From an uncultured Verrucomicrobiae bacterium (GTDB lineage Bacteria; Chlamydiota; Chlamydiia; Chlamydiales; Rhabdochlamydiaceae), in contig CAWFUG010000011.1 in NCBI GenBank assembly GCA_963818965.1, positions 192,001 to 256,000 on the forward strand: 64,000 nucleotides of DNA. The letters are read 5' to 3'. Below the pieces are notes generated by a model that was not told the origin of the DNA, did no database searches, and saw only the letters and a program-made list of their open reading frames with translations. Of the stretch, positions 11,146-21,875 are shown one piece after another (position 1 is the first letter of the stretch; each line of letters begins with the position of its first letter). A program made the position numbers and the translations under genes.

Positions 11146-11217
11146 ATTTCCTACCATAAAGAAAAAAATTCACAAATTAATCATACCCCGCGCGCTTGGT
11201 TAAATAAATTTTTACAA

Positions 11218-11247
11218 TTGCCACTTTTGCCACAATAACATTATAAT
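11218..11247 (+). promoter_or_regulatory. putative sigma70-type promoter
   Basis: TTGCCA-18 nt-TATAAT upstream of the ORF at 11272. Confidence 0.45.
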
Positions 11248-11271
11248 ATCATTAAATTAATTAACAATGGC

Positions 11272-13314
11272 ATGAAAATGAGCCTTTATTTCACACCTTC
11301 TTCTGGAAACGGTACTACTGTTTATTTTACTCTAGGTCAGGTTAAACAGATCTACAAAGATCTGGACATGAAGAGCGCTCGTTGTTTCTCTCAAGTTAAC
11401 AGAACCCTGCAGGAGATTTACTTATCTGATGATCTGCAAAGAGACTTGATCGTCTGTCATTTCCAATGGCCTCTGATCCCGTCCCTGTCTTTCCAAGAGC
11501 AGTACCGGCGTCTTTTTTTATCCCGTATGCCCCATGCCTCTCCTATCCTAGAGCGCGCTTTAGAATTAAAAGAAGGGGGATATCTACACGAAACCGGACA
11601 AGAAGACGGGATTTTTAAAATAAATTCTTTGGGAACAGTCGTTGCGATAGAAAGCGAGGAATCTTCATTCATCTGCCATCTCAACACCGGAAAAGTCATT
11701 AAAACAGACAACATAGGGCAACAACATCCCATCTCTAGACTCAAAATCGACCGTGAAGGAAAGGGTATTTACAAATACTCTCGCGAAGAAAAGGGTATTT
11801 TATCCTATTATGACTCTACCACTGGAGAGTGTGAGCGGCGGTTAAATCTAATAGATGCCGACTTCCCTTACGTATTCGCAGTAAGAGTTAATCCTGAAGC
11901 GAGGACGATCTTTTCTGTTCATTCGAGTCGAGAGCCTGAAAAGACGAGAGGACCTCTCGATCCCAAGACTTGTCGCTATTTAGCAGAAATAAGTCGTCTA
12001 TGGGATCTCGATACGGGAGCAATTATCCACACCTTCGATCATAGAAAAGAGCCCCTACGTTGGTTTAAAATGCTCCCGGATGGAACTCAATTCCTATCTG
12101 GTTCAATCAAACCATCTGAGATGGCGGACGAGGAACCTAAAGCATCTGATAATTGGTACATCAGACTTTGGAATTTTAACACTAAGACATCGATCCCTAT
12201 AGATACAGCAATCAAAGTTCACCCGAACGACTATAACATAGACATGTCGCTCTCTGGGGATGGTCGTAAAGCTCTTTTCGATCGTGGTGAAGCTCCGTCG
12301 CAATACTGTAGCTTACTCGATGGTGGGATTATTGCCGAGATAGACGGCTGGGATGCGCTAGGGGATGCGCTAAGGGGGAAATGTGGGGAATATGTGGGTA
12401 AACCTTTTCTTAACCATGAAGGAACTAGAGCCTTTGATAATATCTTAGAGGAAGAAAACAACGAGTGGTTTGCGATCTGGGACCCTACGACAGGGACACC
12501 TCTTGCTCAAATTTCACTGCAAAATGATACAGTCGATTTAGCAATAGAGCCAGATGAAAGGAAACTAGTGTGTTTAACTTCGTTCGACTCTAGTGAGGAA
12601 TCTAAATCGCGTATAGGGATTCAGATATTCGATCTTTCCGCTTCCTTTCCATCTTCCTTTCCATCGGTTTTTTTACCAGAAAGCCGTCCACCGACAAGCA
12701 GCCTCGGATTTCTGAAAATAAATCCCCTGAGCTTGCGCTATGTTACATTGCATAACGACCTGAAGGTATGGAATAGCGCGCCCCTGGTCCATGAACGGAT
12801 CGCTGATGTGGCGGCGTATTGGCTTTGTGGCTCTGCGCACCGAGAAACGGTATTCGATCGTCTACCCGCCTCTGTTAAAGAGTTCGTCGATCGTTTTCCC
12901 GAAGAAAATACCACCGATGTAATCTCGAAACGCTATCAAGGCCTCATGCGCTACCTAGAAGAAAAGTGTGTACCCGAAATTGTGGACCTCTTAGATAAAG
13001 CAGTGATAGCTTCTGAGAATCAGCAAGAAGAAGAAGCCGCTATTTACCGGGAACAAGCGCTCCGATGGATCGAGAACACGGCTCTTGAAGAAGAATTTAA
13101 GATGTTGGTTCAGAACATCTGTACTTCTAGGGTAGAAAATTTGATCGCCGAGGGGACAAATTTTAGACAGATCGCTCTTGCTTATAAAACTTGGAAGCTG
13201 GTCGTGCCTCCCGGCTCAAATGGCGCTCAAAAAAGAAAGCTTCCAGAGATCCTTTCAGAACAAGAGGCGAATAAACGGCGGCATTTCGATGGAGATGCAG
13301 GATCGGTAGGATAG
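11272..13314 (+). CDS. eukaryote-like effector candidate: F-box-like N-terminus, WD40-like beta-propeller, C-terminal NLS-like motif (paralog 1)
   Basis: SARCFSQVNR-LQEI F-box-like tail; WD-type strands RLWDLDTG, FLSGS...IRLWNF, AIWDPTTG, IQIFDL and LKVWN; C-terminal KRK-x11-KRR. Confidence 0.65.
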   Translation: MKMSLYFTPSSGNGTTVYFTLGQVKQIYKDLDMKSARCFSQVNRTLQEIYLSDDLQRDLIVCHFQWPLIPSLSFQEQYRRLFLSRMPHASPILERALELKEGGYLHETGQEDGIFKINSLGTVVAIESEESSFICHLNTGKVIKTDNIGQQHPISRLKIDREGKGIYKYSREEKGILSYYDSTTGECERRLNLIDADFPYVFAVRVNPEARTIFSVHSSREPEKTRGPLDPKTCRYLAEISRLWDLDTGAIIHTFDHRKEPLRWFKMLPDGTQFLSGSIKPSEMADEEPKASDNWYIRLWNFNTKTSIPIDTAIKVHPNDYNIDMSLSGDGRKALFDRGEAPSQYCSLLDGGIIAEIDGWDALGDALRGKCGEYVGKPFLNHEGTRAFDNILEEENNEWFAIWDPTTGTPLAQISLQNDTVDLAIEPDERKLVCLTSFDSSEESKSRIGIQIFDLSASFPSSFPSVFLPESRPPTSSLGFLKINPLSLRYVTLHNDLKVWNSAPLVHERIADVAAYWLCGSAHRETVFDRLPASVKEFVDRFPEENTTDVISKRYQGLMRYLEEKCVPEIVDLLDKAVIASENQQEEEAAIYREQALRWIENTALEEEFKMLVQNICTSRVENLIAEGTNFRQIALAYKTWKLVVPPGSNGAQKRKLPEILSEQEANKRRHFDGDAGSVG

Positions 13315-13323
13315 CAGACAGAG

Positions 13324-13379
13324 AGACATTTCCCCTTATAAACAGTGTCAAAACCCCCTAGTATCTTTTATCTAAAGAC
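13324..13379 (+). repeat. degenerate copy of the ribF promoter/leader (duplication scar)
   Basis: Matches 15843-15912 and 16743-16779; -35 changed to TTATAA and -10 removed by a deletion between CCTA microhomologies. Confidence 0.75.
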
Positions 13380-13382
13380 CTT

Positions 13383-13573
13383 TATACCCAACTTTTGAAC
13401 TCACTTGGAGGCGTTGTTGTGTAATTCATGAGGACCTAATCTAGCTCCCCATCATTCCATTCTGAATATATGCAATCTCACCACAGAGAGGAAATTCATA
13501 TTAAAAAATTTCCTCTCTGTGGTTTTCCATATCTGTGGTCAGATTTGGATATATTGAGGTGGAAGCGGTATAG
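13383..13573. mobile_element. composite MITE: TATAC-family shell enclosing an ACCACAGAG-family element (13410-13545)
   Basis: TATACCCAACTTTTGA matches the reverse complement of the 38552 copy; ATTGAGGTGGAAGCGGTATAG matches the 43320 end; the inner part starts GGCGTTGTTGTGTAA and contains the ACCACAGAG hairpin. Confidence 0.75.
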
Positions 13574-13684
13574 AATCGAAACAACCTGAAGAACCGCAAT
13601 GCTTACTTAATTAGATAATTTTTTATACTGTTTTTTTTATTGTAATTATGTTATAATTACACTAATTTTAACAGGAGTCTCAAA

Positions 13685-15767
13685 ATGTTTCTTTCTCTCA
13701 TGTCCGCCTCTGGCGGTGATGTTACTGTTTTTTTTTAATGCAGATAACATTAAACAAACCTACAGGGAGCTCGGCAGGAAGAGTGCTCATTGTTTCTCTC
13801 AGGTTAACAGCATCCTGCAGGAAATTTACTTATCTACCGATCTACAAAGAGACTTGATTTCCTATCATTTCCAATGGCCTCTAATTGCTTCGATGTCTCC
13901 CCAAGAGCAGTACCGGCGTCTTTTTTTATCCCGCATGCCCCATGCCTCTCCTATCCTAGAACGCACTTTAGAATTAAAAAAAGGGGGATATCTACACGAA
14001 AACGGGATTTTTAAAATAAATTCTTTGGGAACGATCGTCGCGATAGAAAGCGAGGAATCTTCATTCATCTGCCATCTCAACACCGGAAAAGTGATTAAAA
14101 CAGACAAGATAGACGAACAACAGCTCATCACCCATCCCATCACTAGACTCAAAATCGACCGTGAAGGAAAGTGGATTTACAAACAATCTCCCGAAAAAAC
14201 AGACGAGATAGACGAACAACAGCCCATCACCCATCCCATCACTAGACTCAAAATCGACTGTGAAGGAAAGTGGATTTACAAACAATCTCCCGAAAAAAAG
14301 GGTATTTTATCCTATTATAATTCTACCACTGGAAAGTGTGAGAGGCAGTTAAATCTAATAGATAATGAATATCCTTATTTACTCGCAGTAAGAGTTCATC
14401 CTGAAACGATGACGATCTTTTCTATTCATTCGAGTCGAGCACCTGAGAATACAGGAGAACCTCTCGATCGCAATCATCGCTATTTCGGAGAAATAAGCCG
14501 TCTATGGAATCTCGATACAGGAGCAATTATCCACACCTTCGATCATAGCGAAGAGCCTCTGAGTTGGTTTAAAATGCTCCCGGATGGGACTCAGTTCCTA
14601 TCTGGTTCAATCCGCCCAGCTCAAAAGATAGACAGTGAGGAATCTGATGGACCCGATTTTTGGAAGATAAAGCTTTGGAATTTTAACACTAAGGAGTTCT
14701 TATATACAGGCGCATTAGTCGAAGTCACATCGGACGACTATAAGGTAATCATGTCGCTTTCTGGGGATGGTAGTAAAGCTCTTTTCTGTCGTGATGCAGA
14801 TACTTGGGACTACTGTAACTTACTTAATGGTGATCTTATCCACGAGATAGGCAACTGGAATAAGCTGTGGGAGAAACCGTTAGATTATCTAGAGGAGACC
14901 CCCCTTCTCAACCACGATGGAACTAGAGCCTTCCATGAGGTCCTAGATGAGGAAAAGAACGAGTGGGTTGCGATCTGGGACCCTACGACAGGGACACCTC
15001 TCGGTCAAGTCCCACTGAAAGATAATACAGTCGATTTAGCAATAGAGCCAGATGAAAGGAAACTAGTGTGTTTAACTACGTTCGACTCTAGTCGGGAATG
15101 TGAGTCGCGTAAAGGGATTCAAATATTCGATCTTTCCGCTTCCTTTCCATCGGTTTTTTTACCAGAAAGCAGTCCACCGAGAATGAGCTACGGGCATCTC
15201 AAAGTAAATCCCCTCAGCTTGCGCTATGTTACATTGAACAACGACCTGAAGGTCTGGAATAGCGCGCCCCTGGTCCATGAACGGATCGCTGATGTGGCGG
15301 CGCGTTGGCTTTGTAGCTCAGAGTACCGAGAAACTGTGTTCGATCGTCTGCCTTCCTCTGTTAGAGAGTTCGTCGATTGTTTTCCCGAAGAAAATACCAC
15401 CGATGAAACCTCAAAACGCTATCAAGGCCTCATGCGCTACCTAGAAGAAAAGTGTGTACCCGAAATCGTGGAGCTCTTAGACAAATCAGTAACAGCTTCT
15501 GAGAATCAGCAAGAAGAAGAAGCCGCTATTTACCGGGAACAAGCCCTCCGATGGATCGAGAATACGGCTCTTAAAGAGAAATTTAAACTTTTAGTTCTGA
15601 AAGCCTGTACTTCTGGCTCTCAAAAGCTCACTCATCCTTTCAAAATCATGCAGCTCATCCTCGATCCCGCTACGCACATCTCTCAAAAAAGGAAACTTCC
15701 AGAATCTGCCTCAGAGGAAGGGTCAAATAAACGGCAGCATTTGGATGATGTTACATCATCCAAATGA
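13685..15767 (+). CDS. eukaryote-like F-box-like/WD40 effector candidate (paralog 2); N-terminus frameshifted in a T9 run
   Basis: Extensive identity to 11272-13314; AGGAG RBS and ATG 13685 read MFLSLMSASGGDVTVFF and join the main frame if T9 (13728-13736) is T8; 99-bp internal duplication. Confidence 0.7.
14097..14294 (+). repeat. in-frame 99-bp tandem duplication inside paralog 2
   Basis: KTDKIDEQQLITHPITRLKIDREGKWIYKQSPE repeated with 3 substitutions; period 99 bp. Confidence 0.92.
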
Positions 15768-15827
15768 TTATACTGAAAGTGACTCAAAATTTGTCCTGCC
15801 GACAAATTTTGAGTCACTTTCGGTTAT
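15768..15827. repeat. TATAC-family palindrome immediately after the stop codon of paralog 2
   Basis: TTATACT then 21-bp perfect arms GAAAGTGACTCAAAATTTGTC / GACAAATTTTGAGTCACTTTC; resembles TATACCCAAGTGGACTCAAAA. Confidence 0.75.
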
Positions 15828-15853
15828 CCATTCCTCGTGAGCGATATTTCCCC

Positions 15854-15882
15854 TTGTAAACAGCGTAAAAATCCCCTATGCT
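15854..15882 (+). promoter_or_regulatory. putative promoter of ribF
   Basis: TTGTAA-17 nt-TATGCT; near-identical to the ychF promoter 900 bp downstream. Confidence 0.65.
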
Positions 15883-15912
15883 CTGGAGCCTAGTATCTTT
15901 TTCTCTAAAGAC

Positions 15913-16695
15913 ATGACTCTCATCACAAGCTTAGAAGCGATTCCTCTCATCGAGCAACCCTGTGGACTGAGCATCGGCACCTTCGACGGTGTCCACTTGG
16001 GCCACCAAGCTCTATTGCGTTACTTGAGAGTACACCTTCCCTCTCCGGCTCCTCTCATCGTCTTTACATTTGCAAACCACCCCTCGACTCTTTTTTCTCC
16101 CCACTCCCCTACTTCACTCATCTATCCCAAGAAAAAAAGAGCAGAACTCCTCTTCTCTTGCGGCGCCGACTACGTCATCATGCCTCCCTTTACAAAGGCC
16201 CTCGCCGAGCTCTCCTATGAGGAATTTTTGGACCTTCTGCGAGAGAAGTTTCCTCGCTTTCATCTCGTGTTAGGGGAAGGCGCGACCTTTGGCAAAGGAC
16301 GGGAAGGGAATGAATCTCGCGTCAAAGAGAGCGCACAAAAGAAGAACTTCACGGTAGAATACCTCCCCAAAACCCTTTTCGGCCCTCAGCCGATTTCTTC
16401 CGGCCGCATCCGTATCGCTATTAAGTCGGGCTATTTCGAAGAAGCGAGTTCCTGCCTGGGAAGACCTTATGGACTGTATGGGAGAGTTGTAGATGAGAAG
16501 GAGGGTTTGCTTTTTGTCGTGGATAAAGAGATCTGCCTGCCCCCTGAGGGGATCTATCCTGCAGAGATCAAAACGGATTCCGCTATTGAGTCTGTCCGCG
16601 TACACATTGCCCCTGAACGACGTGGCATAACTCTCGAGCCGCTAGGGAGTGGGGGTCTTTTGTGCCCTGCTGGGGAAGCGGAGTTAATTTTTTAG
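15913..16695 (+). CDS. ribF: RibF-like FAD synthetase (FMN adenylyltransferase domain; riboflavin kinase domain degenerate)
   Basis: IGTFDGVHLGHQ, G...FGKGREG, ISSGRIR and LGRPY motifs; only 260 aa and lacks the GFPTAN kinase motif. Confidence 0.85.
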   Translation: MTLITSLEAIPLIEQPCGLSIGTFDGVHLGHQALLRYLRVHLPSPAPLIVFTFANHPSTLFSPHSPTSLIYPKKKRAELLFSCGADYVIMPPFTKALAELSYEEFLDLLREKFPRFHLVLGEGATFGKGREGNESRVKESAQKKNFTVEYLPKTLFGPQPISSGRIRIAIKSGYFEEASSCLGRPYGLYGRVVDEKEGLLFVVDKEICLPPEGIYPAEIKTDSAIESVRVHIAPERRGITLEPLGSGGLLCPAGEAELIF

Positions 16696-16753
16696 TGTGC
16701 ATTAAATTATTTTACTCCACTAGAGCCTCTCTACAATTTCTTAGACATTCCCC

Positions 16754-16782
16754 TTGTAAACAGTGTAAAAATCCCCTATACT
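16754..16782 (+). promoter_or_regulatory. putative promoter of ychF
   Basis: TTGTAA-17 nt-TATACT ending 28 nt upstream of ATG 16811. Confidence 0.7.
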
Positions 16783-16810
16783 TGACACCAAAAAAAGGGA
16801 TTATAGATCT

Positions 16811-17905
16811 ATGGCTGGATTCTCTTGTGGCATCGTCGGGCTTCCCAATGTGGGAAAGTCGACTCTATTTAACGCGCTGACCCGAAAAGGAGCTCCAGCG
16901 GCGAACTACCCCTTTTGCACGATCGATCCGAATGCAGGCACCGTCGAGGTACCCGATCCTCGCTTGGCCATTCTCTCGAAGATCTCTAAAAGTCACAAGA
17001 TCATCCCCGCTGCAGTCACCTTCGTCGACATCGCAGGGCTTGTAGAAGGCGCCTCTAAGGGAGAAGGTCTCGGCAACCAGTTCTTGACCAACATCAGAGA
17101 GACCGATGCGATCGTGCACGTCGTACGCTGTTTTGACGATGACGACGTCATCCACGTCGCAGGTAAAGTCAATCCGATAGACGATATCGAGATCATCAAC
17201 ACAGAGCTCGTCCTCTCTGATCTTCAGATGGCAGAGAATATCCTCCAGCGCCTCGAAAAACAGGCAAAGAGTAAGAAAGAACTAGTCCCGACAGTGGAAG
17301 TATTGAAAAAAGCAGCGGCTCACCTCAATGAAAACCGTTCGCTGCGCACTCTTGCTCTGACAGAGGAAGAGAGAATTCTCATCGGAGCTTATCCCTTTTT
17401 AACCGATAAAAAAGTGCTCTACGTCTGCAACGTCGCAGAAAAAGATCTTCCCCAAATGGAAAACCCTTACGTCGCACAAGTGCGCGCCTATGCAGAAAAA
17501 GAGGGCAATCAGATCATCTCGATCTGTGCGAAACTCGAGGAGGAAGTCTCTCAATTGAGCGATGCGGAAGCGACTGAATTCTTAAAAGAACTCGGCCTCC
17601 AAGAGACGGGACTCAACCGCCTCATCAAAGCGGCTTTTGAGATGCTCGGCCTCATCACCTATATCACGACAGGAGAAATCGAAACGCGCGCCTGGACGAT
17701 CGAGCGCGGCACAAAAGCTCCTGAAGCTGCTGGAAAGATCCACACAGATCTGCAGAAGGGATTCATCCGCGCCGAGGTCGTCTCTTTCGCCGACATGGTC
17801 ACATATGATGGAAGAGCAGGAGCGAGAGATGTGGGTAAAGCGCGCTCTGAAGGAAAGGAGTACATCGTCCAGGACGGAGATGTCGTCCTCTTCTTCCACA
17901 ATTAA
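16811..17905 (+). CDS. ychF: redox-regulated ATPase YchF
   Basis: [49 protein letters not shown] and a C-terminal TGS-like [12 protein letters not shown]. Confidence 0.98.
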   Translation: MAGFSCGIVGLPNVGKSTLFNALTRKGAPAANYPFCTIDPNAGTVEVPDPRLAILSKISKSHKIIPAAVTFVDIAGLVEGASKGEGLGNQFLTNIRETDAIVHVVRCFDDDDVIHVAGKVNPIDDIEIINTELVLSDLQMAENILQRLEKQAKSKKELVPTVEVLKKAAAHLNENRSLRTLALTEEERILIGAYPFLTDKKVLYVCNVAEKDLPQMENPYVAQVRAYAEKEGNQIISICAKLEEEVSQLSDAEATEFLKELGLQETGLNRLIKAAFEMLGLITYITTGEIETRAWTIERGTKAPEAAGKIHTDLQKGFIRAEVVSFADMVTYDGRAGARDVGKARSEGKEYIVQDGDVVLFFHN

Positions 17906-17913
17906 GGTATCCC

Positions 17914-19032
17914 ATGACACATCCTCTCTTTGTCAGCTGCGCCGAACATTTAGAATCTCTTCTGCTGACAGAACTGACGGCTCTTGAAATTCGAGAAATT
18001 AAGCCCGCACGCCGTGGTGTTTATATCCCGAATACTTTGGAGAATATCTTTAAGGTCAACTATTTGAGCCGTCTGAGTACGCGGGCATTACTCCCCCTCG
18101 CTCAATTTTTCTGTCCCGATCAAAATGCGCTCTATGCACAGGCGAAAAAAATCGATTGGACCCCCTTTTTCAAACCATCTACTACCTTAGCGATCGATGC
18201 GAATGTCTCCCACCCCAATATCCGTCATTCTCTGTATGCAGCTCAAGTTGTAAAAGATGCGATCTGCGATCAACTGAGAGAAAAGACGGGAGAGCGTCCT
18301 TCTGTCGATATCAAAAATCCCGATGTACAGCTCAATCTCTTCATCACACCAAAAGAAGCCATTTTGAGCTTTGACACCTCTGGAGCCCCTCTCTACCGGC
18401 GCGGATGGAAAGAGGTCAGCACAGAGGCGACTTTACCTGAGACATTGGCATCCGCTCTTTTGAGCTTATCCGGCTACTCTGCACGAGATCGTTTATGCGA
18501 TCCCTTCTGTGGTGCGGGAACACTGCTGATCGAGGCGGCGTGTCTTGCGACAAAAACCCCCGCAGGGTTTTTCCGCAAAAAATGGGGGTTCTTCAATCTC
18601 CCCCATTTTTGCCCCACTGAATGGGAAACATTTAAAAACTCCTGGGATCAAAAACGCGTTTCCATCGCTCCCCAATCGATCATCGGTGTCGACCGAGATC
18701 CCGAAGCAATTGCGCTCTGTAAAAAATACGTCAAAAAACTCGGATTCGAAGAGCAGATCGTATTGATCCACAGTCCCATCGCAAAGGTCTCCCTCCCCCA
18801 CTCCCCTACACTCGTCGTCACAGATCCTCCCTTTGGCAAGCGGATGGATACCTCAAAAGTGATCTACCAAGAGTTTGGCCAGTTCTTGCGCTCTCAATGC
18901 TCGGCGACCCCATTCGCCTTTCTGATCTGTCCCTCTTTTTCACTCGTCAAAGCGACCGGTTACCCGGTCCTCTCAGAGAAGCCCGTTCAACACGGCGGCT
19001 TAAGGCTGACGTTCTTTCAACTGACTCTTTAA
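17914..19032 (+). CDS. THUMP-domain RNA methyltransferase (RlmL/YpsC-like)
   Basis: KDAICDQLR, LSFDTSGAPLYRRGW, LPETLA, DPFCGAGTLLIEAA and TDPPFG. Confidence 0.88.
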   Translation: MTHPLFVSCAEHLESLLLTELTALEIREIKPARRGVYIPNTLENIFKVNYLSRLSTRALLPLAQFFCPDQNALYAQAKKIDWTPFFKPSTTLAIDANVSHPNIRHSLYAAQVVKDAICDQLREKTGERPSVDIKNPDVQLNLFITPKEAILSFDTSGAPLYRRGWKEVSTEATLPETLASALLSLSGYSARDRLCDPFCGAGTLLIEAACLATKTPAGFFRKKWGFFNLPHFCPTEWETFKNSWDQKRVSIAPQSIIGVDRDPEAIALCKKYVKKLGFEEQIVLIHSPIAKVSLPHSPTLVVTDPPFGKRMDTSKVIYQEFGQFLRSQCSATPFAFLICPSFSLVKATGYPVLSEKPVQHGGLRLTFFQLTL

Positions 19033-19114
19033 AAATTTTCCTTGTTCTCCCATTGCTCTTTTAGCTCACTTTCCCTATCCTCCCTTGATTAAAAAAATTT
19101 TTCAGGAGGTGGGT

Positions 19115-21875
19115 ATGACAATTCGTGAACTAACGAGCAAAGAACGTTTGCTGCAAGAACCACGTGATTCAGAGGACCCCAAGGCAGTTGGAATGGTTCT
19201 AAATGACATTCCCTCTAAAATTCCATTCGGTCCTGAAATTTCATTGTATCAAGATCTCTATCGAAGAGTGGATTTCTATTTAGATCCTAGATCTTTGATC
19301 GCAGCTGTACGTGTCTGTACGGCATGGTCAGCGGCTTTTACCCCCTCTTTGCGTGCGGTCAGAAAAATAGACGCTAACCCCCTTAAATGGGTGTTGGGTC
19401 ATTTGATTCAGGTATTAGAGGACACAGAAAGAAAAGAGGTGTTGCAAAATGCAATTACAGCTTTCGAAAAAGGGCCGGCTACGATTTCTGAAACCAAGGA
19501 GCTCTTATTTAAAATAACGGAGCTCATAGGTAGTCTTCCAAAAGAGCTCGTGTATACGACGAGTTATCTCATGAAAAATTCTCTTTTTGAGAGATTGCAT
19601 GATGAAGAAAAAAAAGAACTCACACACCTACAATCGTGGATTTCTTATGTTATAGGCAAGGATCCATATCTCCTTGCTTTACACACGGAAGGAAAGAGCG
19701 TTGCAGCTACATGCGGAGCCATCCAAAAAATACTGAGAAAAGACTTAGAACAGGCAGATTGGGGACTATTTAAGAATGTATGTTACCCTCTATTGAAGAG
19801 CGCTTGCTGCCCTGATGGATCGGAATATAATTGTTTTTTTTCGAATGCGCCTGGAGTAGCAAATTTATGGTATCAGTTATTTAATTTTCATATAAAAAAA
19901 CGAAAATCTAGAGAGGTTGTTTATGAAATACTATCAACAGCTCCTGAAGATCTTGTCGCAGTGGATGAAGAACAGATTGACTACATCCAATGGTATCAAG
20001 ATAGCTGCGCCTTTTTCGGCTTATGGAAAGAGGGATGGTCGAGTGTTGCGCATTTTTGCAGACAGCCCTCCTATAGAAAGTCGGTTTATAGCCGTGCGTT
20101 TTTGAAAATCTGGTTCCAATCGTTTAAGGAAAATAACGGCGTCTCTGAAATGATCAAAAAGGGATGCTTTAAAGAGATTTGGTGGTTGGCTGAGCAGCAA
20201 GCCATCCCCTTTCCTGAGCACAAGTACGCGCTGATCCATAAAATGGGGACCACCTATATCGATCTTCACGAATCTTCCTACGTGCAAGAGATCATCGATC
20301 GGCTGGCTGAAGAGAATGGAGTATTAGCCAAGCAGACGGAAAAACAGCTGAACAAGGAATTGGGAAAAAATTATGTGCAGGATGGCAAATACGAGGAGGC
20401 TTGTGAATGCTTTGAGCGCGCCCAACTGAGCAAGCGAAAACAGTTCAATATTTTTAAAACTCAAGCGCAAATCGCTATCAAGCAAGGCATAGCACCCGCT
20501 ATGGCCTATCGGCTCATCCAAATCAGTCTACAGATTCTCAAGGAAGCCGGAGATGACACCTCCTTCTTTCGGCAAGTGCTCGACCATCGCATCGTCTCTC
20601 TTTTGTGCAAAGTGGGGCAAAAGAAAGAAGCGAAGGCGCTATTAGATCAGGCGGTTCAAGTCTTTCGACAGTTATACCCCGAGGATAAAGATTTTTTTCT
20701 ACGCACTGATCAAAAAAAATGTGTTTCTGTTTCTTTATAAAACGGGAGATTTAGATGCGGTGCTCGACTTATACAAACAGATGCCTAAAGGTTTTGTGCC
20801 CGACCAAAAAGGCGCAGAGAAAGCGAATGAACAGCTAGAGAAAATCATAAAAAAATCGACAAGACGGCTGATGACGACTGTGAAAACAGAACAGTCCTCT
20901 GTCGACTGCATGTACCTTGCAGGAGAAGTCCTCTTTGGAATGAGTATGCTTTGGGGAGACCAAACGCAAAGGGATGCTTTAGCTTGGATACAGCATAAAT
21001 TGAAAAGAGAATCTCCTCATGTCCATCCTTCTCATGAAGCCTTTTTGCGGGGGATCAAACAACTCACCAAAGAGTTGAGAAAAGCCTCTAGCAATCAGGG
21101 CCGCTGCATCTCTATGCAGGAAGTGGGGCCTTTACTCCAAAAAGCAGTCAAATGCTGCTCTCTAAAACAGCGTGGGCTGATCCTTTTACAAGAGGGGAAT
21201 TGGGAAAAAGCGCTAGATTGCTTCACACAAGCCACCGTAAGCAAGAAGCACCAGGCAATTCTCTTTCTCAACGAAGCGAAAAAGTGCCGTTCGACGGAAT
21301 CGGTTTGTATAGCAAAAAAGCGTCAGCTTTTAGAGATAGCGCTCGAGCTTTTACGCACAGATCGCCCCGAGGATCCTTTCTTCTTTTTCGAGCAGTTATT
21401 CAAACACGTCACTATTTTCCCTTCCCTTTATAAGATAGGAGAAAAAGCAAGAGCAGAGGATCTATTAGAGAGAGCAATCGCAAGCTTGAGGCAACAGCAT
21501 TTAGAAACGAGCGCTTTTTTTAATGCGCTTTTGAAAAGACAAGTCTTTGCGACCCTTTGCAAAATAGGAAATAGCGAAAGGGCTCTCGATCTCTACCGCG
21601 AAACACCGGTATCCGCTGGTTTTCAGCCGAGCAAAGAGGTTGTAAAGGCACACAATGAAAAGTTAATGAAGATCATCCGAAAATGGATGAAGGATGCCGA
21701 TAGAAAAATACAAAGAAGGGAAGAGCTTTTTGTCGACGCTTTCTTTGAAAAGATCTTCGGAATGGTCGACATGCTGATCGGAAAGAAGGCGCGGAGCAAG
21801 ATGACCACAGAGATCTTGAAATCTCAACATCGATCGATCCAGCAGCGCCTTGAGTTCTTCTTAAATAAACCGTGA
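19115..21875 (+). CDS. large F-box/TPR-like effector candidate; one gene split at a T7 run (20692-20698)
   Basis: F-box-like YLDPRSLIAAVRVCTAW; helical repeats (GKYEEACECFERA / GNWEKALDCFTQA; LCKVGQKKEAKALL / LYKIGEKARAEDLL); deleting one T gives FFYALIKKNVFLFLYK, matching repeat FFNALLKRQVFATLCK; GGAGG RBS before ATG 19115. Confidence 0.65.

Noticed and set aside
11152..11180. TACCATAAAGAAAAAAATTCACAAA after truB as a degenerate ACCACAGAG half-copy
   Set aside because: Too short and AT-rich to distinguish from chance
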